From: an archaeon
GTDB lineage: Archaea > Iainarchaeota > Iainarchaeia > Iainarchaeales > CSSED10-239
Direction of reading: 5' to 3'
Length of the DNA stretch: 7,796 nt
Assembly: GCA_041677685.1 (NCBI GenBank)
Contig: JBAYPN010000031.1
Span: forward strand, 1-7,796
Below the pieces are notes generated by a model. It was not told where the DNA came from, did not search any database, and worked only from the letters and a program-made list of their open reading frames with translations. Every line of letters starts with the position of its first letter. Position 1 is the first letter of the stretch. The position numbers were made by a program, and so were the translations under genes. Below are positions 5,044 through 7,796 of this stretch, one piece after another.

Positions 5044-5555
5044 ATATTACTATTACGAAAGATAAAAAACAACATAATTGGAAAAAAATCCATAAAAGAA
5101 TAGTTAAAGATACAAGTTATGAATTTTTAGGTAATTTTACAGATAATACAAAGGATATAACAAACTATTATTGTTATGAAAAAGAAACAAATAAACCTAT
5201 AGGTTATCTCTCTCTTGGTTTTAGTACAGAGTATCATAGGTTTTATGGTATTAACTTTATTGGTATTTTACCAGAATATAGAAGAAAAGGGATTGCAAGT
5301 AAACTATTGTTTTTTGCAAAGAAACATGCAAAAAAAGAAGGTTATCTAAGGTTATTTACAGTTTACAGTACAAGTGAAAGTAATGTTTTTAATTTTAATA
5401 GAAAGCACTGTTTTTCTTCTGAAAGCACATATGTAAACATTCTTTTAGATTCAGGAAAGAGGCTTTATTTTTGTCCTTTTAGTTATTATGATAAAAATCT
5501 TAAGGAGAAGTCAAGTCTTCTTCACACTTTCAAGATAATGTTTTTGAGGTTATAA
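5040..5555 (+). CDS. GNAT-family N-acetyltransferase
   Basis: ATG 5040 overlaps the radical SAM stop (ATGA at 5040-5043). SD-like AAAGGTG at 5026-5032 lies 7 nt upstream. The product contains ...GINFIGILPEYRRKGIASKLLFFAKKHAKKEGY..., which is GNAT motif A (R-x-x-G-x-A/G acetyl-CoA pyrophosphate loop). At 171 aa it is the usual size for the family (PF00583-type). Confidence 0.8.
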   Translation: MNITITKDKKQHNWKKIHKRIVKDTSYEFLGNFTDNTKDITNYYCYEKETNKPIGYLSLGFSTEYHRFYGINFIGILPEYRRKGIASKLLFFAKKHAKKEGYLRLFTVYSTSESNVFNFNRKHCFSSESTYVNILLDSGKRLYFCPFSYYDKNLKEKSSLLHTFKIMFLRL

Positions 5556-6155
5556 CAAAAGAAGCTTACCATAATCTGTAAGATAAAGAAAACCATTCTT
5601 TTCTTCAATAAGACCCTTTTCTTTAAAGTCTCTTATATTATTATATATAGCAGTTCTTCCAAGATTAAGCTTGTCTGAATTTGCAAGCTCTGGAAGAGTT
5701 ATCTCTTTTTTAGAAATTTCTTCTAAAAGATCATAAGCCTTTTTACTAATATCAAAAGAAAGCTTTGGAACAACAACCATTTGGTTTATTTCAGGAGTAA
5801 AATATAAGATTTCTTTAATTTTATTACTTCTAGCATAACATCCTAGCATTATACCTATAGATTTAGGTTTTCTACCAGAAGTAATATCTACATATATTTC
5901 ATTTTCTTCTTCTTTATAGATTTTATCAATATTTATAATAATTTCCTTTGCAATCTCATAAACTTCATAAAGCGTTGTTTTAATTTCTTTAAATTCTATA
6001 TGTTTAAAGGTATTCTTAAGTTTTTCTTTAGTTTGTTTTTGATTATCGTCTGATTGTTTGTCCATTATTAGATATATTGTATCTGGTCCTATTCTTGTGA
6101 TTGCTCCAACCATTGGAGTAAATGAGTAAGTATTTGTTAAAAGTATTTTTTTCAT
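5550..6155 (-). CDS. Csa3-like regulator: N-terminal CARF-like Rossmann domain plus C-terminal winged helix-turn-helix
   Basis: The 201-aa product starts with a beta-alpha-beta pattern (KKILLTNTYSF.P..GAI....PDTIYLIMDK...). It then reads ...IYVDITSGRKPKSIGIMLGCY..., recalling the Csa3 segment ...DLTMGMRMINTLILLG... from memory. The C-terminus looks like a wHTH (ITLPELANSDKLNLGRTAIYNNIRDFKEKGLIEEKNGFLYLTDYGK). An AGGA SD-like element lies ~9 nt upstream of the start. This call rests on pattern recognition only. Confidence 0.55.
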   Translation of the reverse strand: MKKILLTNTYSFTPMVGAITRIGPDTIYLIMDKQSDDNQKQTKEKLKNTFKHIEFKEIKTTLYEVYEIAKEIIINIDKIYKEEENEIYVDITSGRKPKSIGIMLGCYARSNKIKEILYFTPEINQMVVVPKLSFDISKKAYDLLEEISKKEITLPELANSDKLNLGRTAIYNNIRDFKEKGLIEEKNGFLYLTDYGKLLLL

Positions 6156-6160
6156 AGTTT

Positions 6161-6191
6161 TTTTTCCTAATATTTTATTTTTCCTAATATT
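6161..6191. promoter_or_regulatory. Two perfect 14-nt direct repeats (tttttcctaatatt) with 17-nt periodicity just upstream of the Csa3-like gene; candidate operator
   Basis: The copies are at 6161-6174 and 6178-6191. On the gene's strand they read aatattaggaaaaa twice. The proximal copy contains the putative SD and the distal copy abuts a TATAAT-like element. They lie within the 222-bp divergent intergenic region 6156-6377. Confidence 0.35.
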
Positions 6192-6377
6192 ATATGTTGT
6201 TAGTTTACTTTTTAAATGTATTTTTTTAAAGCTTTGTTCAAAAAAAAGTGTATTTGTTTAATTTTTGACAAACCCTTTTTAAACTATTCTGTACTATTTA
6301 TTATATATCTGTTCAGAAAAAAGTGAATGTAATAATTTTATCTAAAAATATATAATTAAAAGAAAATGTGTTAATAA

Positions 6378-7130
6378 ATGGATAAATATATAGAATTAAA
6401 CAAAATAAAGATCTTTTCTCTCGGCATACCTGCTATAAATATACTTTCTGACCTTGATCTTAATAGATCAGAATTTTCAAAAATAGTTTTTTCTCTTAAC
6501 AGAATTGAATCTTGTTCAATAAATATACATATATCTGAAAAAGAAAACAATTTTGATTTTATTTTCCATAGAGATCATCTAGAAAATAACTTTAATCTCG
6601 AAAACACTTTATTTGATCTAAATGCTTCTTTTAAAGGACAAGTCAATATTTTTTTAGGAGTTTTTATAACCCCTTATTTTAAAAAAAATGATTTTAAAAT
6701 CAAAGAAAACTATTTAGACACAAAAGAAGATTCTTTAAAAAATTTAGATCTTCATTTTCTAAGTTACTTAGATAAAGTTTTAGAAGAAGCAACAAAACCA
6801 AATAGTTTTTCTAGTAATAAATCTTTAAACATGTGTGTTATTGTAATGCCCCCAAATCTATTATATAATTTTTCTAAAGAAAAAATTAATATAGACCCAA
6901 AAAAAATTGAAAAAGAATTTTATGATATTGTTAAAGAAAAAACAAAAAAAGCAGATTTAACTATATATATAGATGATTACAATAGAGTAAATAACCTTGA
7001 AAATTGTTTAAGTTGTGAGGAACTAAATATAGCTGCAGCAAATTATCTAAATGGTTTATTTGAAAGTAAAAAAAAAATATTTAATTTAATTAAAAATAAC
7101 CCTAAAGAATTACAGATACTTTTAAAATAG
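6378..7130 (+). CDS. Hypothetical protein, 250 aa, function unknown
   Basis: This is a long ORF in very AT-rich DNA. It has no SD, and a TATA-like aaaaatatataatt at 6344-6357 sits ~27 nt upstream of the ATG. I recognise no confident family signature. A weak FtsZ/tubulin-like strand pattern is discussed under findings. Confidence 0.7.
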   Translation: MDKYIELNKIKIFSLGIPAINILSDLDLNRSEFSKIVFSLNRIESCSINIHISEKENNFDFIFHRDHLENNFNLENTLFDLNASFKGQVNIFLGVFITPYFKKNDFKIKENYLDTKEDSLKNLDLHFLSYLDKVLEEATKPNSFSSNKSLNMCVIVMPPNLLYNFSKEKINIDPKKIEKEFYDIVKEKTKKADLTIYIDDYNRVNNLENCLSCEELNIAAANYLNGLFESKKKIFNLIKNNPKELQILLK

Positions 7131-7167
7131 TTTTAAAAAAAAAAATTAAATAAAAGGAGAATAAAAT

Positions 7168-7796
7168 ATGAAGTCAGAAGTAATTAAAAAAACCATTAAA
7201 AACAACCTAAGGTTTGTGCATGTTAAAAACAAATCAAATGACATAGTCATAAACCTATATGTAAAGGTAGGTTCTTTTGATGAAACTGAAAATACAAGAG
7301 GAATCTCTCATTTTATTGAACATATGCTCTGGCAAGGAACAAAAAACCACACTGGTTTTGAAATAAGACAAAAAATAAAAGATCTTGATGCAACCTACAA
7401 TGCCTATACTTCTATTAAAAGAACTTGTTATAGTATCTTTGGTCCTAAAAGACATTATGAAAAGCTTTTAAAAATTCTTTTAGATGTTGTTCAAAATCCA
7501 AGTTTTGATAAAGCAGAAATAGAAAGAGAAAGAAATGTTATTTTAGATGAATATAAAAGAGGATTAGATGATCCTAAAGTAATTTTAGATAAAAAAATAC
7601 ATTCTTTTATCTTTAAAGATACTAATCTTTCATATCTTCCAATAGGTACTTTTGAAAACATAAGCTCTTTTATAAGAGAAGATTTAGTTTCTTTTTATGA
7701 AAAACATTATTTTTCAAACAACATGATAATAAGTGTTACTGGTAATCTAACAGAACCAGAAAAATTAATTGAAAAATATTTTACTTTAGAAGAAAA
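7168..7796 (+). CDS. M16-family (pitrilysin/insulinase-type) zinc metallopeptidase, 3'-partial (runs off the window)
   Basis: SD AAGGAG at 7154-7159 lies 8 nt upstream of ATG 7168, and the frame stays open to the window end, so it is absent from the ORF track. My translation is MKSEVIKKTIKNNLRFVHVKN...VGSFDETENTRGISHFIEHMLWQGTKN.... It contains the inverted zinc motif HxxEH (HFIEH, nt 7309-7323) in the canonical G.SHF.EHM.F.GT context, followed downstream by ER.VILDE, the family's distal zinc-ligand Glu region (PF00675-type). Confidence 0.88.
   Translation, partial: MKSEVIKKTIKNNLRFVHVKNKSNDIVINLYVKVGSFDETENTRGISHFIEHMLWQGTKNHTGFEIRQKIKDLDATYNAYTSIKRTCYSIFGPKRHYEKLLKILLDVVQNPSFDKAEIERERNVILDEYKRGLDDPKVILDKKIHSFIFKDTNLSYLPIGTFENISSFIREDLVSFYEKHYFSNNMIISVTGNLTEPEKLIEKYFTLEE

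Noticed and set aside
6216-6326. 36-codon ORF (MYFFKALFKKKCICLIFDKPFLNYSVLFIIYLFRKK) in the divergent intergenic region
   Set aside because: It has no SD, and its composition is driven by T-runs (Phe/Leu/Ile/Lys). It sits in what is probably the promoter region for two divergent genes. I cannot tell it apart from a chance ORF without conservation data.
6156-6377. CRISPR array or leader next to the Csa3-like gene
   Set aside because: The only repeat is two copies of a 14-mer spaced 17 nt apart. There is no repeat-spacer periodicity in the 25-40 nt range anywhere in the window.
7255-7455. Track ORF of 66 aa on the minus strand
   Set aside because: It lies entirely antisense within the well-supported M16 peptidase CDS (7168..>7796, HFIEH motif). 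It has no SD and no recognisable motif, so it is most likely a shadow ORF.
1-7796. GATC depletion as a signature of the GATC-type R-M system
   Set aside because: By eye I find roughly 15-20 GATC sites spread across the window, including inside the R-M genes. That is about what this base composition predicts. There is no avoidance signal, which is unsurprising if the host methylates them.

Overview
Very AT-rich prokaryotic window (roughly a quarter G+C by eye) that uses the standard genetic code: every Trp I read is TGG, and TGA acts as a stop. I cannot tell from the sequence whether the host is bacterial or archaeal. From left to right:

1. A 5'-partial hypothetical CDS, then a PEP-utilising-enzyme mobile (phosphohistidine swivel) domain gene, then a decayed paralogue of it.
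2. A ~2.3 kb DpnII/MboI-like type II R-M cassette: a Dam-like alpha-class m6A methyltransferase, a small PD-ExK nuclease and a DpnA-like beta-class methyltransferase. A 36-bp direct repeat (35/36 identical) brackets it, so it looks like an inserted mobile unit.
3. The most interesting part is a candidate RiPP operon. It starts with a 49-aa peptide gene that has a Shine-Dalgarno (SD) site and is missing from the ORF track. The peptide has 8 Cys and 7 Asp, and its C-terminus is five tandem C-x-x-D modules. Next come 120 in-frame codons with GNAT-like motifs and no canonical start, a radical SAM enzyme with a complete SPASM domain, and a translationally coupled GNAT acetyltransferase. I read this as a ranthipeptide-like (Cys-Asp thioether) system. 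That is inference only.
4. A convergent Csa3-like (CARF-like plus wHTH) regulator, with no CRISPR array or cas genes in the window.
5. A 250-aa protein of unknown function.
6. The 5' part of an M16 (HxxEH) zinc peptidase running off the right edge.

I saw no tRNA, rRNA, CRISPR array or transposase.
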